From: Azolla caroliniana | Lineage: Eukaryota; Plantae; Polypodiophyta | DNA length: 64,000 bases | Reading direction: 5' to 3' | NCBI GenBank assembly: GCA_043228905.1 | Contig: JBHGNT010000017.1 | Span: forward strand, 18,848,001 to 18,912,000 | Shown here: positions 1 through 13,084 of the stretch, piece by piece | Position numbering within the stretch: position 1 is the first letter of the stretch | How the letters are laid out: the number at the start of each line of letters is the position of its first letter | Made by a program: the position numbers and the translations under genes | The notes under the pieces: model-generated | Seen by the model: only the letters and a program-made list of their open reading frames with translations | Database searches by the model: none | Told to the model about the DNA's origin: nothing

Positions 1-1614
1 CCAATCGATCGGCTTCTCAAAGAGCGATGAGGACCACTGTCTCTTCACGAAAACACCTCGGGATGGATCACCCATCTTCCTCATCATCTACGTGAGCGAC
101 ATGCTCATCTCAAGTCACCATGCCGGAGAACTCATCGAACTTGTTCAAAAACTGCAATTGAAGTTTTCCATGAAGGACCTTGGTCCGACTCAACACATTC
201 TTGGCATGAAAATAAGTCGGAATCGAAATCGAAGACAATTGTTTCTGTTTCAATCCGACTATATTGGATGTGTCTTGGAATGCTTCAACATGCAATCGGC
301 AAAATCTGCTTCAACCCTGCTCCCTATTAGTATTTGACTGTCTCAGCGAGACTACCCCGCATCCAGTACAGAGGGGGAGATTATGAAGTTGGTACCGTAT
401 GCACCAGTAGTAGGCTCCTTGATGTACGCGATGGTTGCAACATGGCCTAACATTGCTCACGCCGTTGGAGTTGTCAGCAGATTTATGCACAATCCTGGCC
501 GATCGCATTGGAACGCAGTCAAGCATGTGTTCAAATATCTGGTGGGCACAAAAGACCTTGGTATTTTATTCGGCCCAAACGACATCTCAGGCGTAGTCAG
601 ATACACCGACTCGGACTTTGCAGGTTGCATAGACAGCCATAGATCAACAACCAGATATTGTTTTAAACTTGGAAATGGAGTGATCTCATGGAAATTGAAA
701 CTTCAGGAGTGCACCGCCACATCTACGATAGAGGCCGAATACGTAACCGCATCTGATGTGGCAAACGAGGCCCTATGGCATAGTCAGTTGGCCTACACAT
801 TTTGATAAGCTGAAATCGGCTCGGCTCCAATTGTTTAGAGTGAAAGTCATGGTGTTGTTACGCTGTCGAAAAATCCGGTTCATCACAACGCCTCTAAGCA
901 TATTGATGTTCGATATCATTTCGTTTGGGACTGTGTCATTTTAGGGAAAATCGGCCTTGAGAAGGTACCTACAACCGATAACGTTGCAGATGTAATGACC
1001 AAGTGTCTCTTAGTGGATCGATCTCGATGCCTTTGGCATCGAATGGACGTAATGAAGAATTAGTCCGATTAAATCGGACACCCAGGATGTTCCTTGGACA
1101 ATAGACTTGGATAGTTCGAACTTAGGCTTTAGTCTCTCTGAACTTAGCCAATCCTGCCTTCTGCTCTTCGGAGTTCACCGATTCAAACGAATTCTCGATT
1201 ATTTAGAAACCTTATATCAATTTGTATTGTACATTCATTTCAATTTACAAATTTCAGATGTATACGCCCATTATAGGGGAGTGTTGAATACGGGCTTCTA
1301 ATGGACGTATTCACACCATCTCCTTTGTACACACTAGGCTTAGGCTACTTAAGTAAATAGTGAGAAGGGCAATTGCCCTAAGTCAGTAAGTAGATAAACT
1401 GACTTTGTAACCTAGTTATACAGGGGTTGTTCCTTGTGGCTATTGCAATATATTGCGACATGTGCCTAACTGTTTCTCTCTCTCTAATGCACAAATTGCA
1501 TTCCTGTTTTTCTGTCTATGTTGCCATCAATCCATTATGATCTTGTATCTACTTATGATCTTCCACTAGAGGACTATTGATCTTGTTTTGCATTAGATGA
1601 TGGTGCTCCCAACA
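1..1614 (+). mobile_element. Ty1/copia LTR retrotransposon (D), degenerate 3' part (RT, RNase H, PPT, 3' LTR), nested in the gypsy element
   Basis: ORF fragments with copia RT/RH motifs (MKDLGP..ILGM, VPYAPVVGSLMYAMV, YTDSDFAG, STIEAEY); YVDD decayed to YVSD; stops present; PPT AGGGGAG precedes TG at 1282. Confidence 0.9.
1282..1614 (+). repeat. 3' LTR of copia D (~333 bp)
   Basis: TGTTG...CAACA termini directly after the PPT; gypsy pol sequence resumes at 1615. Confidence 0.8.
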
Positions 1615-3778
1615 TCTCGGTCATAGTACAACCCTTGATTGAGCTTACTCGTAAAGGGATGGCGTTTCAATGGACTCCATCTACTCACCACACTTTCGAC
1701 CTACTCAAGGAATTTTTTACAAATGCTCTAGTCCTCCTTCACGTCGACCCCACTAAGCCTTTTCAAGTTGAAACAGATGTATCTAACTTTGCCATTGGTG
1801 CCATCTTATCCCAAACAGATAATGATGGCATCCTACGTTTGGTGGTGAACTACTCCTGAAAATTCACAGCTCCAGAAATCAACTACCCCATCTACGACAA
1901 GGAGCTTGCTATGATAGTTGTAGCTTTCACAGAGTTGAGACCTTACTTGGTTGGGGTGCAACATCGGGTTCGGGTAATAACCAATCATAAACATTTATTG
2001 TATTTCTCAACAACCCATTCTATGAATTGGTAGTAGGCTCGTTGGTCAAATTTCTTAGCCGACTATGACTTTGAAATTGTCTTTTGACCGGGGGCACAAA
2101 ATATGAAGGTTGATGCTCTTTCATGGCGCTCGGATTTCACATTGATCTCATGGGATGATGCCTATGCTCAACAATCCCAATGTTTTCTAAAACCAGATCA
2201 ATTCCAACTCTTCACCACATGCATGCTACATAACGACTCTTTGCTCGAGAAGATAGCCAAAGCACTTCCCACCGACAAATTCGCTAATGCAATTAAGGAA
2301 GGTCTTATTGATCCATCTAAACCAAAGAACAAGGATGACCTTGATCGCTTCAGAGTTGAGGGGGGGCTCCTTTACCGCGACCATCTCTTATATGTTCCGA
2401 AAGGCCAATGTCAAACTCAAATTCTCTAAAAGTGTCATGACGACCCCTTGGCTGACCATTTGGCGTTATCAAGACCTTGGAATTAATCTCATGTGGATAT
2501 TGGTGGCCTCAACCGTGGAAGTTCGTCAACGAATTCATCAAGACATGTGATACTTGTGCTCGCTCCAAAGTCGCCCACCATAGGCCATACGGTTTGCTCC
2601 ACCCACTTCCCATTCCCAACCGGCCTTGGGCATCTATTTCCATGGATTTCATTACTAACTTGCCTCTAGTCCATGGATATGATGTAGTGCTCGTCATGGT
2701 AGATCGGTTTACAAAAATGGCTCATTTTGCCCCCTGTGCAAAGACTATTTCTGTAGAAGCAACAACCGATCTATTTTTAAAGAATGTGGTGCGGCTTCAT
2801 GGGGTACCGGACGATGTCACCTCCGATCAGGGACCCCAATTTTTCTCTCATTTTTGGCGATGGCTCCTTTAGACACTTGGCACAATAGTGAATCTGTCCT
2901 CATCCTATCATCCTCAAACAGATGGCTAAACTTAGCAGGTGAACCAAATTCTAGAGCAATACCTTCGGTGCTCACTTAGTTACCAACAAGATGATTGGAT
3001 TGACCTCCTACCGTCAGTAGAGTTCACATATAATAATACGCTACATGGTTCAACTAGGGTCACCCCATTTTTCGCCAGCTATGGTTTCCATCCTCGATTT
3101 AGTATCTCCATCCTTGGTAATTGTGTCAACCCTTCAACAGAAGCACGTGCCCATACTTTAGCATACATTCATCAAGACCTCTCCCTCGAGCTCACCAATA
3201 TCCACAAAAACAAGGGAGGCATCTTAGGCGAGAGCCTTAGCGGGAGGATAATGTCATGGACATGACAAACTCTTGACCTCTTGTATTATAATCAATTGTT
3301 ATGTTTTAACCAACACATCCAATACATGGTCATGTCATTTTAGTGGATTATTCGTGGTTATCTATTCCATATGTTAGGATATTTTAGAAGCTTCTAGAAA
3401 GCTCCAGAAGCTTTGCATGTAAATGAGACTCTACATGGAACTACATTTAGATCCCACAAACATGTTTAAATACAGGGGTTCAATCTTAGTGGATTAATAG
3501 AGGTTATCTATTCCACGTGTTATGAGATTTTAGAAGCTTCTAGAAAGCTCCAAAAGCTAGAACATTCCAAAAGCTTGTGCATGTAAATGAGTCTCTGCAT
3601 GGAACTGCATTTAGATCCCACAAACATGTATAAATACAAGGGTTCACCTTGACCTAAACAATACCAGTTACGGAATCCAATATTCTACTTGTTTATCTCT
3701 TGCTTCCTTGCTTCTCTCTCTCTAAGTATCTTAACTTTCATCTAGCTTTGTTTTGCTCTACTCTATCTGTCAGTGACA
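1615..3778 (+). mobile_element. Ty3/gypsy (chromovirus-like) 3' part: RT C-term, RNase H, integrase, PPT, 3' LTR; pseudogenised
   Basis: Gypsy domain order RT-RH-IN: ETDVSNFAIGAILSQ, NYPIYDKEL, CDTC, SISMDFIT, VDRFTKMAHF, SDQGPQF, NQILEQYLR; stops and frameshifts; PPT GGGAGGATAA before TGTCA at 3252. Confidence 0.9.
3252..3778 (+). repeat. 3' LTR of the gypsy element (~527 bp) with an internal ~150-bp tandem duplication
   Basis: TGTCA...TGACA termini; duplicated block ~3340-3485 / ~3486-3648; copia A RT resumes at 3779. Confidence 0.8.
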
Positions 3779-5544
3779 CTTGTCCTCTGGAGTCATTCCG
3801 GATGAATAGAGAATTGTCGGATTTGGACATTTTTAAGCCGATTTGGTGAAGATATTGTGTTATCTTCGAATGCGAAGCATGTGGTGCTTGCTTAAGGCCA
3901 CAGAGTGGCTTCTTTAGTTGGCACAATGTTGTTGGATGTGTGTTCGATTCGAAGCCAGGTGGTTGAACCATGTACACCTCCTCTTCTAATTCGCCTTGAA
4001 GAAAGGTGTTCTTGACGTCCATCTGGTGGAGGTGCCACCCTTTCGCTGCTGTAAGTGCTATCACGGTCCGCACAGTTGTCATCTTTGCCACCGGAGCAAA
4101 GGTCTCTTCATATTCAAGTCTATGTATCTGTGCATATCCTTTCGCTACAAGTCGAGCTTTCTAGCAATTGATAGAGTTGTCGGCATTATACTTCATCTTG
4201 AATATCCATCTACAGCTGATTTCCTTCTTGTGAGGTGAATGGGGGACGAGATCCCATGTCTCATTTTTAGAGAGAGCATGCATCTTCTCGTTCATCACTT
4301 GAACCCATAGTGGATCTTTCGCGGCTTCGGTAAATCTTTCCGGTTCACGAATAGCTGCCACCTTCATCATAAAGGCATAGTGGTATGCCATGTAGTCGTT
4401 ATAATTGAATCGACTAACTAGATTCTTCTCACGAGAGGAACATCAGAGTTTTTCATTTGTTGTGGCAATAGCTTTCTTTACTCCAGGTGTCCTCATAAGA
4501 GGCACAACAAAGCCACCACACTCACTATCGAGTGAGTGAGCCGATTCGCTTCCATCTAGGTCTTCGTACTTAGGCATTTTGGCCTTCCCTTTGTCCAATT
4601 TCGGACTTGGCTGCGACGTACTTGGGTCGCTTGTAGACTCCTGTGGTTCACTCAACCTAGTTGAGATTGGAATTTCTCTGTGGTGAGCCTTAGTCGATTA
4701 TCCTCCTCCGGATCTTTGTCGAAGTCGGTTTCGATCGGATTGGATGGAGTTGAGTCGATTGTGTACAAGGAAGCCGATTCGTCGAATATGACGTCCCCAC
4801 TCACTTGTACCTTCTTGGTAGTGGGGTTGAAGCACTTATACCCCTTTTGTTCGAGCGAGTACCCCACGAAGATACATTTCTCCCACTTATGATCGAGCTT
4901 CTAGCACTTCTCGTCGGGAATATGTATGTACGCGATCGAGCCAAATATCTTGAAGTGGGATAGATTCAGCTTCTTTCCATAGAATCTCTTGTGGGGGGTA
5001 ATATCGTGCATTTCGGATGTTGTGCAACGATTGATTAGATAGATGTTTCTCATTCATCATTGCCCTTGCCACCTCGAGTGCATGACGGTTCTTTCGTTTG
5101 GCTACTCCGTTCTACTGAGGTGTGTGTCGGCAAGTAAACTCTCGTCAGATTCCTTCTTGTCGAAGGTATGTTGTGAAGGCGTTGGAGAAGTACTCTTTGC
5201 CGTCATCTGATTGAAGGCACTATACATGATGTTTGGTTGTGGTTTCGTCATCGTTTTTGAATTTCTGGAAGTGTGAGAACACTTCACTCTTCTGCTGCAT
5301 AGGGAATATCTAGGTGTGCCTAGAGAAATCGTCGATGAACATCACATAATACTGGCAACCACCAAATGTTGTCGTTTGGGCTGGTCCCCATACATCTAAA
5401 GGTACTACATCCAAGATCCCTTTGCTCACGTTCCTCTCTTTTGGGAACAGTTGGCAATGATGTTTGCCGAATTGGCAGGTTTCGCATACACATTTAGTCT
5501 CCTTCTCAGTAAAGGTCGGGAATCTAATGACGAACCATTTCGAC

Positions 5545-6160
5545 CATAGTATGAACCATACATACCATTCGTGCATTCGTGTTCAAGAATGATAAACACC
5601 CTCGAAGAATGATAAATACCATACTTTTGGATAAATGATTTACTATAAGGTAAATATTTTTTCATGGTAAAAATAAAAATTGTAATGGCAAAAAAAAACA
5701 CATTACCTTCTTAATAACAATATACTTTTTTCGTAAATCTATTTATTGTAATTTTTGTGCGTATAAATTTTGTACTACATAGCTTAGTATGTGTGTATAG
5801 ACATTACACGAATTACTTCAAAATGATAGAAATTATAGACAAATTAAAGCAATTACAAGCTTTATAGAATAATTACAGAAATTATAGAATAATTTCATTA
5901 CAAAACTTTAAACCCTATTATTAACCCTAAATATACCTGGATCTTGTTGGTATGCAGATCGTTCGAGGCTAGGTGGGAGAGGAGAGGAGAGCGTAACGTT
6001 ACGTTGATGTGCAGAGGAAAAGGGGGAAAAGGGGTGAAAAGAGGGAAAAAACAAAAAAAAGGAAAAAAAAACACACGAATATTTGAATATCATTCGTGTT
6101 CGTTTTCCAATGTAGGAAAATGAATGATATGGCAGACGAACACGAATTTGACGTACTATG
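5545..6160. mobile_element. Non-autonomous hAT-type MITE (616 bp) inserted in copia A integrase region
   Basis: Terminal inverted repeats CATAGTA...TACTATG; 8-bp flanks ATTTCGAC / CTTTCGAC (7/8 TSD); AT-rich; the copia sequence is continuous across it. Confidence 0.8.
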
Positions 6161-6739
6161 CTTTCGACTACATTCCTTTGAGCTTCTGGACATTGATGTG
6201 GCCTATTCTTTTGTGCCATAGCTCTATATCGGCGTTGGCTCCATGGCCCTTGGCAAACATTGCTGATTTCATCTCGTGAGAATTGAGAATGAACATCCGA
6301 CCTTCTCTTCGACCGCGAGTGATAATTTGGCCTTCCTTTTCTATGACGCATCCTCCATCGTTGAACCGAACTTCCATGCATTGTTCCACAATCTGGCCGA
6401 CCAAGACCAAATTCTTTGTTATTCTCAGAATATGCAATACGTTTTTGATGTAGGTCTGGTTGCCCTCTTCGTCGAATGGGACATTACCAACGTGTTGAAT
6501 GGGGTGAATTTTGTCATCCCCAGTTTCCACATAGCTGGGTCGTTCGGCCTTTGTTGTTCTTAGAACCAATCTTTATGAGACGTCATGTGATTCGATGCAC
6601 CTAAGACTACAAACCGTACATCTTCTGAGTTGGAGGTGTTGGCTGGGTTGGAGGCTGAAATTGAGTTCACCCTATGCCTCATTACAAACATTCAACCACG
6701 ATCATCATAAGTAGAGTTGGAAGCGTAGTTGGTGAGTTG

Positions 6740-7318
6740 TGTGAAGAATATGCGGAATAATCTTCGGCCACAACCGAAGCTTAGATCACTTAGTGATAAT
6801 CAAACACAGAAGAAATGGGAAATGGAAATAAGTACACAAACAGAAAGAGAATGCACAAGATGTTAACGTGGAAAACCCTAGAGGGGAAAAAACCACGGGA
6901 GTCCACAAACTCCAACTCTCACTACACAAGAAGAATACAACAAGGGAACACAGAGGCAACGACCTCATGCTCACAATCTTCGCCTGGTGGCGGTTACAAC
7001 AGAGACTCACTCTGTCTCTCTATCTCTCTTTCTCTATTACGCTCTGTACAACAGTTACACAAAAAAATAACTCTCTATACAAAATAATGACAACACAATG
7101 ATCTACACGCACTCAAGAGTTTGCCCTAGGTCATATTTATACTAACATGACTTTCGGGATATTTACAAATATAGCCCCAATGGGCTCTCTGGAACATATT
7201 TACATATATGTCCCTTCATCCGGTGAGATGTTCTCACCGGGCTTGCATCATCCAGTTCGCACTGGGTCTTCCGTTGTCGGGTACTCATATCCCATCCGGA
7301 GGGACCGAAATCCTAACA
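6740..7318 (-). repeat. 3' LTR of copia B
   Basis: Colinear with 11416-11994, TG...CA ends, roughly 22 substitutions counted by eye. Confidence 0.95.
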
Positions 7319-10300
7319 AACTCCCCCTTCACTCCGGCATGGGATGCTTCGTCAATCTGATCCTCTTCCGGCATGCGTCTAGCTTGTCGGGTGTCAGCAC
7401 CTTGGTTAACATGTCCAACCCGTTCTCCTCCGTGTGGATCTTCATCAGCACAAACACTCGACCTTCCACTCGCTCCCGAATCCAGTGGTACCTGCAATGG
7501 ATGTGCTTAGTCCTGGAATGATACGTTGTGTTCTTCACAAGGTGGATGGCACTTTGACTGTCGCAATAGAGCCAGTATTCCTCCTGCCGGATGCCTAGCT
7601 CTTCGATGAAGTCCTTCATCCATAGTATTTCCTTGTCAGCTTCCACAGCCGCCATGTATTCCGCCTCCGTGGTTGACAACGCAACCGTCTGCTGCAGCCT
7701 CAACTCCCACGAAACAACTCCCCCTGCATATGTCATAACATATCTCGATGTTGACCGGCTGGTATCCGCATCAGCCAACATATCCGAATCGGTGAAACCG
7801 TCAAGTTGGGGTTTACCGGAGCCGAATCGGTGACACATACTCGAAGTTCCCTTCAAATACCGGAGTATCCATTTTACCGCATTCCAGTGCTCCTTGCCGG
7901 GATTGCTCATAAACCGGCTCACCACTCTGACTGCGTATCCGATATCCGGTCGGGTACACACCATTCCATACATTAATCTGCCGACGATAGAGGCATATGG
8001 TATCTCCATCATATCCGCCTTCTTTGCCTTTGTCTTCAGGCTTTGTTTACCGGAGAACCTGCAGTTAGCTAGGAGTGTCGATCCGACTGGTCTCGCATCT
8101 GACATGTTGAATCGTTGAAGCACCTTTGTCACGTATTTCTCCTGTGACAGCCACAATTGCTTCTTTGACCGGTCCCGGATGATATGCATCCCCAATATCT
8201 GTCTTGCAGGACCCAAGTCTTTCATTGAGAAGGTCCGGTTAAGGGCCTTCTTTAGCATCCAAATATTCGCTTGGTCCTGTCCGACGATCAACATGTCGTC
8301 CACGTACAGGAGGAGTATCAGGAAGTCTCCTCCTTCGAACTTCTTCATAAATACGCAGTCATCGACCTGCGTCCTGTGGTACCCTTGATCGGTCATGAAG
8401 GAGTCGAACTTCCGATACCATTGCCGGGGAGCCTGCTTCAAACTTTAGAGGCTCTTCTTCAACCGGCAAGCCAGGTGGTCCTTCCCTTTCTTCACAAATC
8501 CCTCCAGTTGTTGCATGTAAATCTCCTCTTCGAGGTCGTCGTGGCTCTTCTTCAACCGACAAGCCAGGTGCTCCTTCCCTTTCTTCACAAATCCCTCCGG
8601 TTGCTGCATGTAAATCTCCTCTTCGAGATCGTTGTGGAGGAACGTCGTCTTCACGTCTAACTACTCTACCTCGAGGTCCATGCTTGCCACTATGCTCAGC
8701 ACCGTCCGGATGGAAGTCATCTTTACTACCGGGGCAAATATCTCGTCGAAGTACACTCCGTTCTTCTGTTGGAACCCCTTCACCACGATCTTGGCTTTGT
8801 ACCTTGGGGGTTTGCCAGCATCTCCCGGTTTCAACTTGTACACCCACTTGTTTCGGAGTGCCCTCTTTCCTTTCGGCAATTCCACCAATTCATACGTGTG
8901 GTTCTCATGCAGGGAATCCATCTCGTCCTGCATGACACTCAACCACTTGCGATTGTGGGTGTCTCTCTTAGCTTCTTCGAAGCTTTCCAGCTCCCCCTCA
9001 TCGGTCAACAACACATGCTTTGCATCCAGAAATCTCTGGGGGGGCTCTTCTTTCCCGGAGAGGATATCTCCGTCCTCGGTTTTCGGTAACCGGCTCCTGT
9101 GTCTATTCTTCATCCGAATCCGATTCGGGGTCTTGGCCGGTTCCAGTTTCTACTTCTTCTTCTTCGGTCGGTTTGGTATCCTCACCGTAACCGGCCAGTT
9201 CTTCGAGTGTCAACTGGCTCTTAGCCGGGTAGGTTCGAATCTCATCGGTCCGATTCTTACCGGTCGACTCAGAGTTCATTATCTTCTTCTCCAACTCCCA
9301 GTCAACAAGGATCTTGTCCTCCATGAAGATAATATCTCGACTCCGGAAAACCTTCTTGTTGACCGGATCCCACACTCAGTAGCCGAACTCATTATCGTCG
9401 TATTCGAGGAATATGCATGGCCGGGTCTTTGGATCCAACTTTCCTGTCCGGTCCTTAGCAACATGTACGTACACGAGACACCCGAACACCTTCAGATGCC
9501 GGTAGGACACTTCCTTACCGGTCCACACTCTCTGTGGCGTGTCTCCATCCAAGGGTACTGAGGGTGACCTGTTTATCACATATGTCATTGTCGACAGAAC
9601 CTCAACCCAAAACATCTTGGGTAATTTTGCGTGTGTCAGCATACTCCGGACCCTCTCCATTATGGTCCGGTTCATCCTCTTGGCCAGCCTATTTAGTTCC
9701 GGCGTCTTCGACACGATAAAATCAAGCCAGATTCCCTTCGAGCGGCAATACTCCTCAAACTGCCCCCGATACTCTCCTCTATTATCTGCTTGAACCGCCT
9801 TCAGCTTCCGGCCGGTTTCTCTTTCCACTCTTGCGTGGAGCTCCTTGAAGATGGATAACACCTGATCCTTCGTCTTCAGCGGTGTGGCCCACATCTTCCG
9901 GTTGTGGTCATCTATGAACGTCACGAAGTATTGCGCTCCAGCATGTGACTTCGTGTCTACTTGACACACATCGGTATGCACTAGCTCCAGTGGTGCATTA
10001 CGTCTCATCGGTGGCCTTGATTGGAAAGAGGTTCGGTTTTGCTTACCGTCCATGCAGTCGGTGCACCTCTCAAGATGCACGTCCTTCACTGGAATTAGGT
10101 TGTCATCGGCAAGCCTCCTCATCCCCTTCTCGCTCATGTCACACAGTCTCTTGTGTCACAGCTCACTAGCAGTGTTGGAGGCCATGTTCACTTCTTCCGA
10201 GCATAACCGGGCATTCATCAGGTATCGTGTGTTGACTTTCCAGGCCTGAGCCACTATTAGACTCCCTTTGCTGAATTTCATGACTCCATTCCGGATGCTA

Positions 10301-11415
10301 CCCATCTAGCCTTCATTGTCTAGCCGACCGGCTGATATTAGGTTCAGTCAAACCTCCGGAACGTGTGGGACATCCTTCAGCAACAACTTGCATCCGGTTG
10401 GTGTTGTCAACCACACGTCTCCTATGCCGACAATTTGGCATGTCCCTTCATTCCCCATTCGGACACAGCCAAGCCATGCTCACTGGTTGTGTAGGATGAG
10501 AAGCATTTTCGGTCCGGGGTCAGGTGGAACGACGCTCCAGAATCGACAACCCATGTTGTCTCGTCGTCGGCAAGGTTCAACTCACTCTCCTTTGTGATGA
10601 GCATCAACTCCTCTTCACTTGCCGCGATTGCCGTCGTTCCCTTTCGGTCCGGTGACCGCTTCGAATCAGTGTTGTTGGTTTCCTTGTCTTTCCGGAAATG
10701 CTGACAGTTCTTCTGGAAGTGCCCCGGCTTGCCACGATAGAAGCAAGTGGGCCTCCCCCTTGACTTTGACCGTGTCCCCGACTTTTCCCGGTTCTGGGGA
10801 CCACGATTCCTTTGTCTTCCGCGTTCCGATTCGGTAAGGAGCGCTTTGGAATCGGAGCTCGTATCCTTGTCTTTCCGACACACCTCCTCATCTAGCAAGC
10901 TCGACTTGACTCTTGCTAGGGACAGTTGTTTTCCTTTCGGCCCGGCATTGCCCAACGTGACAACTAACGTCTCCCAGCTATCCGGGAGGGAACCGAGCAG
11001 GAGTAATGCTAGGAAGGCATTCATGTGCTCCGCCATGATGGAGCCATCTTGGTACCGGAGCCGCACTAGCTTCCGGAATACCGAAACTCAATTAACATCG
11101 TTTTCGTTCTGGAACATAATGTCCATCTTTTCCCAGAGCTCATGAGCCTTACTCTCCTCATTAAAGTTGTTGTATAGGCTCATGTCGATGAAGCACCGTA
11201 TGTATGGTGTTGTCTTCATGTGCATCACCTCCCATATTGTGGCATCAATCTTGTCCGATCTCTTGTCCCCGAATTGAACCGACAACCAAAGATCTTTAAC
11301 CACGAGCATGTCCCTCATCTTCGACTTCCATACTGAGTAGTTGGAGCCGGTGAGCTTGAACATGCCGCCAAGTGAATCTTCCATTTTTCTGTGTCGTTTC
11401 GCTCTGATACCAGTT

Positions 11416-11994
11416 TGTGAAGAATATGCGGAATAATCTTCGGCCACAACTGAAGCTTAGATCACTTAGTGATAATCAAACACAGAAGAAATGGGAAATG
11501 GAAATAAGTACACAAACAGAAAGAGAATGCACAAGATGTTAACTTGGAAAACCCTAGACGGGACAAAACCACGGGAGTCCACAAACTCCAACTCTCACTA
11601 CGCAAGAAGAATACAACAAGGGAACACAGAGGCAACGACCTCGTGCTCACAATCTTCACCTGGTGGCGGTTACAACAGAGACTTACTCTGTCTCTCTCTC
11701 TCTCTTTCTCTACTACGCTCTGTACAACAATTACACAAAAAAATAACTCTCTATACAAAATAATGACAACACAATGATCTACACACACTCAAGAGTTTGC
11801 CCTAGGTCATATTTATACTAACATGACTTTCGGGATATTTACAAATATAGCCCCAGTGGGCTCTCTGGAACATATTTACATATATGTCCCTTCATCCGGT
11901 GAGATGTTCTCACCAGGCCTGCATCATCCGGTTCTCACCGGGTGTTCCGTTGCCGGATACTCATATCCCATCCGAAGGGACCGAAATCCTAACA
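11416..11994 (-). repeat. 5' LTR of copia B
   Basis: Colinear with 6740-7318; adjacent to the PBS. Confidence 0.95.
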
Positions 11995-13005
11995 AGTTGT
12001 CGGTTTGTGAAGACCGACTCACTCTTCTTTTTGTGACACTCTGCCTCATAGTGGCCAAATTTGCCACAATATCCGCACTAGACAAAGTTGTTTTGTCGGC
12101 TTGGTTCGGCATTGCTCCCTTTTCTACTAGATGCTCCGCCTTGTGCGTTTGAAATGTCTTGCTGGTAGTAGAAGTTGTGTTCTCGTGGTTGTTCTTCGTT
12201 GTGTCGGCCTTGGCCAAATCGGCCTCTTCTTCCACGACCTTGCCCTCTCCCTTCGTCCAAACTCGTGTAGAGCATTTGTCCATCTGATCCATTGCCTCTT
12301 GTTTGGATGTGATTTTCTTCGACCAGTATCATCGACTGGAGATCGAAGGAGGGAGATTCTCCCTTGCGAGGACGACCGAGTTTATTGCGCTAAACCGGGG
12401 TGCTAGGCCGCCCATGCATATCTTCACCATTCATCATCGTCAATGTTAATATTGATTGACCAAAGGGAGTCATACAACTCCTTGATATTTAAGGTATAAC
12501 TACCGATTGACATATCCCTCTGTTGGATACCATTCAACTCTTGATGGAGTTGAAGTTTTCCAGCAGTTGTGTTGGCCGCAAATATATTTTTGAGGTTCCC
12601 CCATGCCTCCTTCGGCGTTGTGGCCTCTCTTATGCAGTCGAGCATGTTATCATGAATGCATGATGCAAGGCAATACAACACACGACTCACCACTTCCTCC
12701 CAAGTAGGGTGGTCGACATGTGGTGGGTTGGGTTGATTTTCTTGAGTTTCCTCGACATAGTCGCAATAGTCTTGACCAACAAGATATTGGTACATCTTGT
12801 ACTCCCAAGATGTGAAGTTGTTTCTGTCAAGTTTCTTGGTAGGAAGAGGACTTCCCATTTGAGTATTCATGTTGAACTTCTGCATTTCAGTGATGCAAAC
12901 TATGTAGGTTGTTGCTACAGTGATTAGCCAATTCTTCGTGAATGTGGGCTTTGGCACAACACACATAGATGGACTTGGATCAAGCTACCAATCGCTCGGA
13001 TACCA

Positions 13006-13040
13006 TGTAAAGAATCGGGAGTGATTCTGTGCAGCGGAAG

Positions 13041-13084
<44 letters not shown>

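Larger units (their letters stand above)
6740..11994 (-). mobile_element. Structurally complete Ty1/copia element B (Tnt1/Tork-like), 5255 bp, disrupted ORF
   Basis: Two 579-bp LTRs (6740-7318, 11416-11994); 5-bp TSD AGTTG (6735-6739, 11995-11999); tRNA-iMet PBS TGGTATCAGAGC (11401-11412); PPT GAAGGGGGAG next to 7319; gag ATG ~11384; VVDSGAS, IN, YVDD, RH motifs; several stops. Confidence 0.97.

Noticed and set aside
5908-5932. Telomere-like AAACCCT/AACCCTAAA motifs
   Set aside because: Only isolated copies inside a MITE; not an interstitial telomeric array.
8632-9561. 309-aa plus-strand ORF
   Set aside because: Antisense shadow of copia B pol; no recognisable domain and non-ATG start.
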